Below are positions 44,670 to 53,701 of a stretch of DNA of 64,000 nt, piece by piece. The stretch covers positions 1-64,000 of IMG/VR virus record IMGVR_UViG_3300032257_000005. One strand, written 5' to 3'. A program made the position numbers and the translations under genes. Every line of letters starts with the position of its first letter. Within the stretch, counting starts at the first letter, position 1. The DNA comes from a virus (lineage: Duplodnaviria > Heunggongvirae > Uroviricota > Caudoviricetes). The notes under the pieces are model-generated. The model worked only from the letters and a program-made list of their open reading frames with translations, had not been told where the DNA came from and did no database searches.

Positions 44670-46681
44670 AGAAAGCACTTATAACTGGCATCACCGGCCA
44701 AGATGCAGCTTATCTTTCTGAATTACTTTTATCTAAAGGCTATGAAGTTCATGGAGCATCACCACGTAGAGCGTCCGGTAATTATTGGCGGCTACAATCA
44801 ATAGGGATACTTGATGATGAAGATAATCCTAGAGATAAGAATTTTAAATTAAAGTCACTAGATGTTACCTGTAGTTCATCAGTCACCAATATTATTAAGG
44901 ATGGACAATACGATGAAATTTATAATCTCGCTGCTCAAAGTTTTGTTGCCGAATCGTTTAATTCGCCTACAGCGACTTTCAACATCAATGCGATTGGAGT
45001 CCTCAATCTCCTTGAAGCGATTAAAATAAACTCACCAGAAAGTAAATTTTACCAAGCATCAACATCTGAAATGTTTGGATTAGTTAATATGGAGGCACAA
45101 AATGAAGAAACACCATTCCATCCACGTTCCCCTTACGGGGTGGCAAAAGTTGCAGCGCATTATGCGGTATGTAATTACCGCGAAGCATACGGATTATTTG
45201 CGAGCTGCGGAATCTTGTTCAACCACGAAAGTCCCTTGCGAGGAATCGAATTTGTCACAAGAAAAATTACTGATGGAGTGGCAAAAATCATTGCAGGTAA
45301 GCAAGAGAAATTATCGTTAGGTAATTTAGATGCATATCGTGATTGGGGTCATGCAAAAGATTATTGTATAAATAAAGATGTTCCAATGCTTACACCTAAT
45401 GGCTGGAAGTATTTTAATGAATTAAATATTGGTGATGAAGTTATTAACTTTAATCCTGAAACAAATTCACTATCAAGAGATATTATATTACAGGTTGTTG
45501 AACCTAAAATAGATTCATCTAAGAAAATACGTTTAACTGGTAGGTCAATAGATTTAACTTGTACACAAAACCATAGAATTTATTATCAACAAAAATCTAT
45601 AAATTCAAAAGGTGGTTGGAGTGATTGGAAAGTTACAACTGCTAGTGAATTTAATTATAAATTGAATATACTTGAAAATAGATCAAAATATGATTATAGA
45701 TTGCCACATTTTCAAGATTATAATGGTATTGAAAATAACAAAGTAACTGATAATCAAATATATCTTGTTGGTGCTTTATTAGCAGAAGGTCATTTAAGAA
45801 CAATACATAAACAGGGTAGAGGGCATAATGTAACAGTTTCTCAATCTGAAATTGCTAATCCTAGAATACATAATAAAATAAAATCAATACTAGATAATTT
45901 TAATTTTAAATATAGCGAAAGATTAAATAATTCAGGTGTTACTGAATGGGTTATTAATGCAGAAAATACTGAAGATATACTTAAATGGTTTGATAGTAAT
46001 GACTTACATAAAATGCCTACTTGGTGTTTTTCATTATCACAACGACAATCGAAAATATTATTTGATTCAATGATGGATTGTGATGGTTGTTGGGGTTCTA
46101 TGCAATACATTTCAAAACGATATAAATTATTAACAGATTTTCAAACAATAGCAGCAATTAGTGGTTATCAAACAACGAATCCAAAACAAGATAAATTTGG
46201 GTGCTGGAGAATAGCAAGTATTGTACAAAGAAGAAAATACTCATATATAACTAAAGCAGAAGAAATTGATGATGGAATTACAGATGTTTGGTGTATAACT
46301 ACAAATAATGGAACAATTATATCAAGAGATAAAGGATTGATATCAATATCTGGAAATTGTTACGGCATGTATTTAATGATGCAACAAGAAACACCTGATG
46401 ATTACGTATTAGCTACAGGTGTAAAACATTCTGTAAGAGATGTATTACGAATATGTTTTGAACGCTTTGATATGTTTTATCCTGACTATGTTGAAATGGA
46501 TCAACGGTATATGCGGCCTAGTGATGTTCCATTATTATTAGGTGATGCAACTAAAGCACATGAAAAACTTAATTGGCATCCATCATATGATTTTGAATTA
46601 TTAATAACTGAAATGCTTGATTATGATTTAGCGTGTCAAGGTGTCGATGCTATTAAATTGTTAGCGGATAGCTATAAATAA
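44666..46681 (+). CDS. gmd: GDP-mannose 4,6-dehydratase interrupted by a full-size LAGLIDADG intein
   Basis: Exteins [30 protein letters not shown]...[10 protein letters not shown]...FNHESPLRG...RDWGHAKDY | [21 protein letters not shown]...[16 protein letters not shown] are near-collinear with bacterial Gmd. Confidence 0.8.
   Translation: [671 protein letters not shown]
45365..46357 (+). mobile_element. intein with a LAGLIDADG homing-endonuclease domain (331 aa) inside gmd; +1 Cys at 46358
   Basis: Starts [13 protein letters not shown] (block A) and ends ...ISGN. The two dodecapeptide motifs are ...[12 protein letters not shown]... and ...[13 protein letters not shown].... The insertion site lies inside the conserved [9 protein letters not shown]/C-xxMWLMLQ segment. 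Confidence 0.7.
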
Positions 46682-46703
46682 TTACTAAATAGAGGAATAT
46701 TAA

Positions 46704-47348
46704 ATGTTACCACAAACAGGTGAAAGACAAGTTGCAGAACATATCGAAGGTATTAAACCAAACCATCGACAGCGTTATCAATTTGGTATAGATAAAATTA
46801 AAGAACATTTTTGTGCGCTAGAAAGGCCTATTACAATATTGGATGCTGCATGTGGTGTTGGTTACGGTACTATGATGATAGCTGAATCATTAGCTGATGG
46901 ATCTGATTTAAAAGGTAGTGTATTAGGTGTTGATATATTTGAAGGTGCTGTAGAGGCTGCAAAACGTGCATATAAATTAGATAACAATGATTTCATGCAA
47001 TTAGATTTAGGTAATTCTGATTTATGGAATGAAAAAATAGATAATGTCGATGCTATTGTCAGTATTGAAACTATTGAACATGTTAAAGATGCTGAAGATT
47101 TAATAAAGCGATATGCAGAAAAAACTAATTTTCTTATAGGTTCGGTTCCAAATGAAGATGTAGTCCCTTTTAATGCAATTACACATCCATTTCATTTTAG
47201 ACATTATACAAATAGTGAATTTGAAACATTGCTTAACGATTATGGTTTTAAAATAAAAGCGATAGGAACTCAATACGATAAAATTCCCGGCTTTGTTTAT
47301 CCGGGAGATGATGGTTATGGGAACGTTGTTTGTGCTATTAAAGAATAA
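46704..47348 (+). CDS. class I SAM-dependent methyltransferase
   Basis: Motif I ...ILDAACGVGYGT.... Confidence 0.5.
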   Translation: MLPQTGERQVAEHIEGIKPNHRQRYQFGIDKIKEHFCALERPITILDAACGVGYGTMMIAESLADGSDLKGSVLGVDIFEGAVEAAKRAYKLDNNDFMQLDLGNSDLWNEKIDNVDAIVSIETIEHVKDAEDLIKRYAEKTNFLIGSVPNEDVVPFNAITHPFHFRHYTNSEFETLLNDYGFKIKAIGTQYDKIPGFVYPGDDGYGNVVCAIKE

Positions 47349-47349
47349 T

Positions 47350-47814
47350 ATGAAAACTTTATTAGAAAGATTTAATGAAAAATGGATACCTGTAACAGAA
47401 AGTGGTTGCTGGATATGGACTGCCTTTGTAAATGAAAAAGGATATGGAAAATTTACCAATAATGGTAAAACTTATAGATCACATAGACTTTCATATGAAT
47501 TGTATATTGGTGAAATACCTGATGGTTTATATGTTTGTCATGAATGTGATAATACTTTTTGCGTTAATCCAAATCATCTTTTTTTAGGAAGTCAATTAGA
47601 TAATATACATGATATGTTAAACAAAGGTAGAGGATCAGCACCTCCTTTATTTAAAGGTGAAGATCATTCATTGTCAAAATTAACAGAAAATAATGTGATT
47701 GAGATTCGTAAATCTAAACATATGACACATAGACAATTAGCGGAAAAATATAATGTTAGTAAAAAACTTATATTTAATGTAATACATAAAAAAGCTTGGA
47801 GTCATGTACCGTGA
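47350..47814 (+). CDS. HNH homing endonuclease (paralogue of 51965..52437)
   Basis: ...GCWIWTAFVNEKGYGKFTNNGKTYRSHRLSYELYIGEIPDGLYVCHECDNTFCVNPNHLFLGSQLDN... is the HNH_3 pattern. It is wedged between the methyltransferase and the next gene with overlapping stop/start. Confidence 0.7.
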   Translation: MKTLLERFNEKWIPVTESGCWIWTAFVNEKGYGKFTNNGKTYRSHRLSYELYIGEIPDGLYVCHECDNTFCVNPNHLFLGSQLDNIHDMLNKGRGSAPPLFKGEDHSLSKLTENNVIEIRKSKHMTHRQLAEKYNVSKKLIFNVIHKKAWSHVP

Positions 47815-48671
47815 AAGTAGGTGTTTTCATAACTGAAAATAATCATGAGCATGATAAAATGCTTACTGCTTTTGCAAAAGGATTATGTGCAACAGGAATT
47901 GAACCGATTATATCTAATGTCAATAATTATGTTGATGTTGATATAGCGGTTATTTTTGGCGTATATAAAAAATCAGTACCCATTAGTTTTGCGCGTGGTG
48001 AGATTATGCGTAAACAAACTGAGGCTAATAGATTAACAATTGTTATTGAGAAAGGTTTTATTGATCGTGATGAATATTATATGGTTGGTATGAACGGATT
48101 AAATAATCGAGCTTATTTTAATAATGATGATTGTGATGATTTAAGATGGAATCAGTTAGATAAAAAAATTAAACAAATGAACTTAAACGGTAAGAATATT
48201 GTCATTTGTGGACAAGTACCATCTGATGCAAGCGTACAGGCTGTTGATATTGTGGATTGGTATGGATTATTGATAAAACAAATACGTGATATATCACAAA
48301 GACCGATAGTATTTAGACCGCATCCGTTAGCATTAAACACAACACCTGAATTTATTGGCACGACACGATCACACAAGACGCTACAGGAGGATTTCGATGA
48401 TGCCTATTGCGTTGTAACCTATAATTCAAATACAGCCGTAGACGCTGTAATAGCCGGTGTGCCGGTTGTTGCATTTGATTGCGGTTCTATGGTTTGGGAT
48501 ATATGCGGTAAATCTGTTAATTCAATTGAATTTCCATTAATACCTTTTGCAAAAGATATTGATCAGTGGGCTAATAATATTGCCTATGCACAATGGAATA
48601 TAGATGAATTCAGACAGGGGTTGCCATTTACTCATTTAATGCAAGTTCTAAAGCAGGAGATAGTTTTATGA
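47796..48671 (+). CDS. hypothetical protein (possible glycosyl/phosphotransferase); start uncertain (GTG 47811 or a later ATG)
   Basis: ORF only. Confidence 0.3.
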   Translation: MESCTVKVGVFITENNHEHDKMLTAFAKGLCATGIEPIISNVNNYVDVDIAVIFGVYKKSVPISFARGEIMRKQTEANRLTIVIEKGFIDRDEYYMVGMNGLNNRAYFNNDDCDDLRWNQLDKKIKQMNLNGKNIVICGQVPSDASVQAVDIVDWYGLLIKQIRDISQRPIVFRPHPLALNTTPEFIGTTRSHKTLQEDFDDAYCVVTYNSNTAVDAVIAGVPVVAFDCGSMVWDICGKSVNSIEFPLIPFAKDIDQWANNIAYAQWNIDEFRQGLPFTHLMQVLKQEIVL

Positions 48672-48964
48672 ATATTCTTGTTAGTATTGGATCTATTGCG
48701 GCTGTTGTTGGTTCTATTTCTGGTGGTATTTATTTTTATGAAAATCGTTTTGAAACAAAAATACACCATGAAGTTACATTAGCTGAAAATGAAAAAAGAG
48801 TTTCAGATCATTTATTAGATTTGCGTATTGATTTGTATGAATCAAGATTAGATAGATTAATTGATAAAAAATCACGCCAGACGATATCACCAAGAGAACA
48901 GCGTATAATTAAACGATTAAATAAAAGCTTAGATATTTTATATAAACGTAAAGAGGAAAAGTAA
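48668..48964 (+). CDS. membrane-anchored small protein
   Basis: N-terminal TM helix. Confidence 0.3.
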   Translation: MNILVSIGSIAAVVGSISGGIYFYENRFETKIHHEVTLAENEKRVSDHLLDLRIDLYESRLDRLIDKKSRQTISPREQRIIKRLNKSLDILYKRKEEK

Positions 48965-49194
48965 TGAATAGAGTTGCACATAATTTATCAGTATCAAGTG
49001 ATTTCATTCAAGATCAATTACATTGGATGCATACATTGTCAGTTGTAATATCTGATGTTAATGATGAAGATAAAACAATTGATCATTCTGAACAAATGAA
49101 CATGACGGTTGAACCTGCTATGAAGCCTGAAGATATTATTAGTGGTTTACGTGCGTTAGCAGATAAGATTGAGGAATACACAGGTGAGGCTTGA
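48964..49194 (+). CDS. hypothetical protein
   Basis: ORF only. Confidence 0.3.
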   Translation: MNRVAHNLSVSSDFIQDQLHWMHTLSVVISDVNDEDKTIDHSEQMNMTVEPAMKPEDIISGLRALADKIEEYTGEA

Positions 49195-50176
49195 TAATGG
49201 GATACTAGATCATGGTTTTAAATTTCCTGATTTAGCTGAATTTCCTGATTACGAAAATGAAGATAGATTTGATGAAGATGTTGATTTATCACCCCTGTAT
49301 AAACATTTTGTTGAAGCAAATGGAAAAGCATTTTTAAAAGAACTATCAAAATACACTAACGTTAATGAGCCTTGGATAAATAAGTTAATGTCTTATTTTT
49401 ACATATACTCTGGTTATGATAGGCATAGCAGTATAATTGATGGTGATTGTTTTTATAATTTATATAACAAAGGAATACACATAACCAGTTTACCTTTTGG
49501 TGATTTAGATGTAAGTAAAACAGTTGATAAATTATTGAATGATCCAGATTGGAAACCTGAACCGGGTACTTATGATCGTGGTGTTTATCTGGATGCAAAA
49601 AATATAGCATTTGTTAATGATAAGTTTAAAAAGGCTGGAATATTGAAAGCGGTAAGTGCTTATTCAGGTGGTTTAAAAGAAGTTAAAAATGTATTTCTTC
49701 ACGTATCAACACCAACAGATTATCATTATAAGCAGTTTATGTCCGATGCTACCACTACACCTAAATGGACTAATTTACATATAGATCCTAAAGAAGATGC
49801 TATGAAGGCTATTGTTTATTTAGAGGATAATGTAGGTGAAGAAAATGGTGCTTTTGGATACGTACCTAAATCGAATAGATTTCTGTATAAAGATTTAGAT
49901 AGTGTTTTTGCAAGAGCTATATCGACAGGTAATTATTGTCGCACTCCTGAAATGCGTAAAAGCGTTTTTAGTTTACCTAAACGATTCAGAATATCTAATA
50001 ACTTTGGTCGATGTATTTTAGATGGAAGTGAAATGTCAAAATATTTTGATGAACGATTTTTACGTGTAACATCTAATATGGGTAACGTATCTATTTTTGA
50101 TGCTGGTGCTGGTATGCATATGGGGGGCAAATGCAAAACAGGACGGCGTATTGCACTTCAGGTACTTATGAAATGA
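49169..50176 (+). CDS. hypothetical protein (335 aa) in the sugar island
   Basis: ORF only. Confidence 0.35.
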   Translation: MRNTQVRLDNGILDHGFKFPDLAEFPDYENEDRFDEDVDLSPLYKHFVEANGKAFLKELSKYTNVNEPWINKLMSYFYIYSGYDRHSSIIDGDCFYNLYNKGIHITSLPFGDLDVSKTVDKLLNDPDWKPEPGTYDRGVYLDAKNIAFVNDKFKKAGILKAVSAYSGGLKEVKNVFLHVSTPTDYHYKQFMSDATTTPKWTNLHIDPKEDAMKAIVYLEDNVGEENGAFGYVPKSNRFLYKDLDSVFARAISTGNYCRTPEMRKSVFSLPKRFRISNNFGRCILDGSEMSKYFDERFLRVTSNMGNVSIFDAGAGMHMGGKCKTGRRIALQVLMK

Positions 50177-50673
50177 TTACACAAAAAGTATTAAAAGAAT
50201 TATTTTTGCATGATGAAGAAAAAGGTGTTCTTTATTGGAAAAATCCTACGTCATTTAGGGTTAAGAAAGGTGAATTTGCTGGAACTGTATATCATGATGG
50301 GAATGTAAATATTCAAATTAAAGGAAAAGTATATAAAAGGCATCGTTTAATTTGGATGTTTAAACATGGCTACTTTCCTAAACAACTTGATCACATAGAT
50401 CGTGATCGAAGTAATGATAGATTAAATAATTTAAGAGAAAGTAACCAATCTGAGAATAATGCAAATAAAGCTAAAACAAATAAAAAAACATCTTCAATTT
50501 ATATTGGTGTTAGTTGGAGTGAATCTCGTAAACGATGGGAATCTAAAGTTATGAAGAACAGAAAAACTTATCATTTAGGTAGATTTAAATGTGAAATTGA
50601 AGCGGCAAAAGCTAGAGATAAGAAAGCAGTAGAATTATTTGGTGAATTTGCAGAGAGGAATTTTAATGAGTGA
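50173..50673 (+). CDS. HNH homing endonuclease with a C-terminal AP2 DNA-binding domain
   Basis: ...KRHRLIWMFKHGYFPKQLDHIDRDRSNDRLNNLRESNQSEN... (HNH), then ...SIYIGVSWSESRKRWESKVMKNRKTYHLGRFKCEIEAAKARDKKAVELFGEFA... (AP2). Confidence 0.7.
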   Translation: MITQKVLKELFLHDEEKGVLYWKNPTSFRVKKGEFAGTVYHDGNVNIQIKGKVYKRHRLIWMFKHGYFPKQLDHIDRDRSNDRLNNLRESNQSENNANKAKTNKKTSSIYIGVSWSESRKRWESKVMKNRKTYHLGRFKCEIEAAKARDKKAVELFGEFAERNFNE

Positions 50674-51376
50674 GTTAAATTTAAATGAAGATGTATTAAA
50701 ACGTAGGGTTTGGAATCAGAGTATTTATGATTCACATATAAAGGATTTCATGTTAGGTCAAACTCCACCATATATCAATAAAGATAGAAATGTTATAGAT
50801 GTTGGTGCTGCTGTCGGATTATATTCTAATTTTTGGGCTGATAAATGTAAAAATATTTATTCGTTTGAAGCGGTAACGCCAGTGTATGAACAACTAAAAC
50901 TAGTTGAAGCCAAGCATGGAAATATGGCTGCATTTAATGTTGCTGTATCTAATTTTGTTGGTAAGGCTGATTTTTGGGTTGATGATAAGCGATTATCTAA
51001 TTCATCATTTAGAGATTTAGTAGGCGGTCAGAAAATTACTGTACCTGTTACAACGATTGATCATGAAGATCTTGGTAAAGTTGGTTTTATTAAGATTGAT
51101 GTTGAAGGTCATGAATTAGATGTTTTGAAAGGTGCTGAAAAGACTATTGAAAAATATCATCCTACTATCATGTGTGAAATTTATCCTAAATTTAATAACG
51201 GTGATGTATCACATACATTTGATTTTTTATTTGATCGTGGTTATAACTGTTACTACAATATTAAAGGTCAAGGTTTAAGTCGGGTTATGGATACAGCGCG
51301 TGGTGTATTGGCTGCTACCAATGAAGGTTTGATTAAACAACACGATGGGGATTTTCTTTTTACTTATGGCAACTAA
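50666..51376 (+). CDS. FkbM-family methyltransferase
   Basis: ...VIDVGAAVGLYSNFWA...FEAV... plus overall FkbM-like length. Confidence 0.5.
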   Translation: MSELNLNEDVLKRRVWNQSIYDSHIKDFMLGQTPPYINKDRNVIDVGAAVGLYSNFWADKCKNIYSFEAVTPVYEQLKLVEAKHGNMAAFNVAVSNFVGKADFWVDDKRLSNSSFRDLVGGQKITVPVTTIDHEDLGKVGFIKIDVEGHELDVLKGAEKTIEKYHPTIMCEIYPKFNNGDVSHTFDFLFDRGYNCYYNIKGQGLSRVMDTARGVLAATNEGLIKQHDGDFLFTYGN

Positions 51377-51974
51377 ATTACAAAATAGTATGTTTATCCA
51401 TATACCAAAAACAGGCGGAAGATGGGTAAACAATATGCTTTTCAAAGCAGTTAAAGGTGCTGAATCTATTGGTGATCCTATTTATGATGCCCATGATTCA
51501 CCTGATATTGATTTACCTGTATTTGCTTTTGTGCGACATCCTATTGAGCTTGCTAATAGCTTATGGTGTCATAGATCAAGAAAGCATAGTAATACACGAC
51601 ATAAAGATTGGAACTGGCAACAAGATATAGAGTTTGAACGTGTATGTGGTGATTCAGATTATAATAAGTATTTTGAAAATGTTGCTGCTAATCCAAAAAT
51701 AATTACTAGTTATTATTATCATTTTATAGGTAAATATAAAAAAGTAAGATTAGGTCGAATGGAAACAATAGCTGAAGATCTTGTTAAGATACTTATTAAT
51801 TATGAAGAATCATTTAATGAAGATTTTATACGTGCTAATGCAATGAATAAGATTGGAAGCGGATCTGATCAGATTAATTTACCTAAAGACATATACAACC
51901 AAATAATGAAAAATGAAGAAGATTTTTGTTTGCAGTTTGGTTATACAGAACAGGAAGAAGTTAATGCATCGTAA
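51366..51974 (+). CDS. sulfotransferase (PAPS-dependent) family protein
   Basis: ...MFIHIPKTGGRWVNN... matches the 5'-PSB loop (h-I-P-K-T-G-T/S). Confidence 0.45.
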   Translation: MATKLQNSMFIHIPKTGGRWVNNMLFKAVKGAESIGDPIYDAHDSPDIDLPVFAFVRHPIELANSLWCHRSRKHSNTRHKDWNWQQDIEFERVCGDSDYNKYFENVAANPKIITSYYYHFIGKYKKVRLGRMETIAEDLVKILINYEESFNEDFIRANAMNKIGSGSDQINLPKDIYNQIMKNEEDFCLQFGYTEQEEVNAS

Positions 51975-52437
51975 ATATAAAAATAAATTAGAATCATTTA
52001 ATGATAAATACGAAGTTGTTGAAGAATTAGGTTGTTGGGTATGGACTGCATCAATATTAAAAGTAGGATATGGTTGCATGAGATGGGATGGTAAGACACA
52101 ATTATCACATAGAGTTTCTTATGATCTGCATAAAGGAAAAATACCAGATGGTATGCATGTTTTACATAAATGTGATAATAGATTTTGTGTAAATCCTAAT
52201 CATCTTTTTATTGGGACAAACTTAGATAATATAAAGGATAGATTATCTAAGAATAGACCAAAAACAGGATGTGTAGGTGAGAAATCTGGTAGAGCAATAT
52301 TATCAGAAGTTGATGTTAATAATATAAGAGCGATAAAAAAATATTGCAAATGCACACAGCAACAGTTAGCAGATATATATAATGTTTCAAAATCATGTAT
52401 AAATCATGCAATTCACTACAATTGGAAACATATATGA
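51965..52437 (+). CDS. HNH homing endonuclease (paralogue of 47350..47814)
   Basis: ...GCWVWTASILKVGYGCMRWDGKTQLSHRVSYDLHKGKIPDGMHVLHKCDNRFCVNPNHLFIGTNLDN.... Confidence 0.7.
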
Positions 52438-53174
52438 ACTACTTAGATAATGATATGCCAAAATGCTTCATTGGTTATGATAGAGCTGAATCTGCGGCTT
52501 TTTATACTTTATGTCATTCAATATGGAGGCGAGCATCAAGACCTGTTCATATTATACCTATTATGCTATCTGAACTTAAAGGTTTGATGTGGCGTGATCG
52601 TGATCCAATGCAAAGCAATGATTTTTCATTCAGTCGATTTTTAGTGCCGTATCTTTGTAATTATGAAGGTAAGGCGTTATTCATAGATGCGGATATGATG
52701 GTTGTTGATGATATTAATAACTTGTTTGATTTGTTTGATGATAGCTATTCAGTTCAATGTGTAAAGCATAATCATGTACCTATAGAAGAAGTAAAATATT
52801 TAGGTAATGTACAAACAAAATATAACAAGAAAAATTGGTCAAGTGTGCTATTATTCAATAATAGTAAGTGTTCTGCTCTCACCCCTGAATACATCAATAC
52901 TGCAAGTGGCTTAGATTTACATCAATTTAAGTGGCTTGATTCTGACAGTGAAATTGGTGATTTGCCTTTGCGTTGGAATTTTTTAGTATCGTACTATCAT
53001 GATTTACCTATAGAGGAAATTAGCTTACTTCACTGGACTGAGGGAGGGGCTTATTTTAATGACTACAAGAATTGTCCATATGCAGATATTTGGCAAGATG
53101 AATATAAAGATATGATTCATGTAACACAACCAGCAAGTGTTCATTATAGTGAAGTATCAGAAAAAATAGTATAG
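52434..53174 (+). CDS. glycosyltransferase family 8-like protein
   Basis: ...FSRFLVPYLCNYEGKALFIDADMMVVDDINNLFD... is a GT8-type DxD region. Confidence 0.45.
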   Translation: MNYLDNDMPKCFIGYDRAESAAFYTLCHSIWRRASRPVHIIPIMLSELKGLMWRDRDPMQSNDFSFSRFLVPYLCNYEGKALFIDADMMVVDDINNLFDLFDDSYSVQCVKHNHVPIEEVKYLGNVQTKYNKKNWSSVLLFNNSKCSALTPEYINTASGLDLHQFKWLDSDSEIGDLPLRWNFLVSYYHDLPIEEISLLHWTEGGAYFNDYKNCPYADIWQDEYKDMIHVTQPASVHYSEVSEKIV

Positions 53175-53181
53175 GTGAATT

Positions 53182-53697
53182 ATGACTACAGTTAACGCAA
53201 CAGTTTCACATGCAAGTGCTAATAGTTACATTACGTTAATTGAAGCTAATGCATATTGGGCTGATCATTTTTATAGTGAAACATGGGATGCATTACAAAG
53301 CGGTGATAAAAATACATTGATCGTTATGTCTACACGTTTGCTTGATGAATGGGTTGATTGGAAAGGTATTAAATCAAGTGATACGCAAGCACTACGTTGG
53401 CCTCGTTATAATACTGTAGATCGTGATAACTATTGGATTGATGGTGATGTTATACCTGTTGAGGTTAAAAATGCTACGGCTGAACTTGCAGGTTATTTAG
53501 CAAAAGGTGATGCAACTGCTGAACCTGATACTAAAGGCTTTAGTGAATTAAAGGTTGGTGAATTGCAATTAAAAATTGATAAATCAGATCGTGATAATAC
53601 CACAGTAATTCCTGATTCTGTTTTGGCTATCATTTCACATTATGGTGTTGTCAGATCAAGAAAGAATCCAAGCACTGTTAGTTTAATTAGAACTTAA
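53182..53697 (+). CDS. hypothetical structural protein
   Basis: ORF just upstream of the fibre gene. Confidence 0.3.
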   Translation: MTTVNATVSHASANSYITLIEANAYWADHFYSETWDALQSGDKNTLIVMSTRLLDEWVDWKGIKSSDTQALRWPRYNTVDRDNYWIDGDVIPVEVKNATAELAGYLAKGDATAEPDTKGFSELKVGELQLKIDKSDRDNTTVIPDSVLAIISHYGVVRSRKNPSTVSLIRT

Positions 53698-53701
53698 TAC
53701 C

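Noticed and set aside
36024-50136. Short internal or antisense ORFs inside structural and island genes (36024..36239-, 38155..38409-, 38312..38524-, 40660..40851-, 42325..42543+, 45102..45320+, 45841..46110-, 47100..47459-, 48152..48376-, 49362..49610-, 49933..50136-)
   Set aside because: All are embedded in longer, well-supported genes on the other strand or frame. Operon architecture is uniformly plus-strand here.
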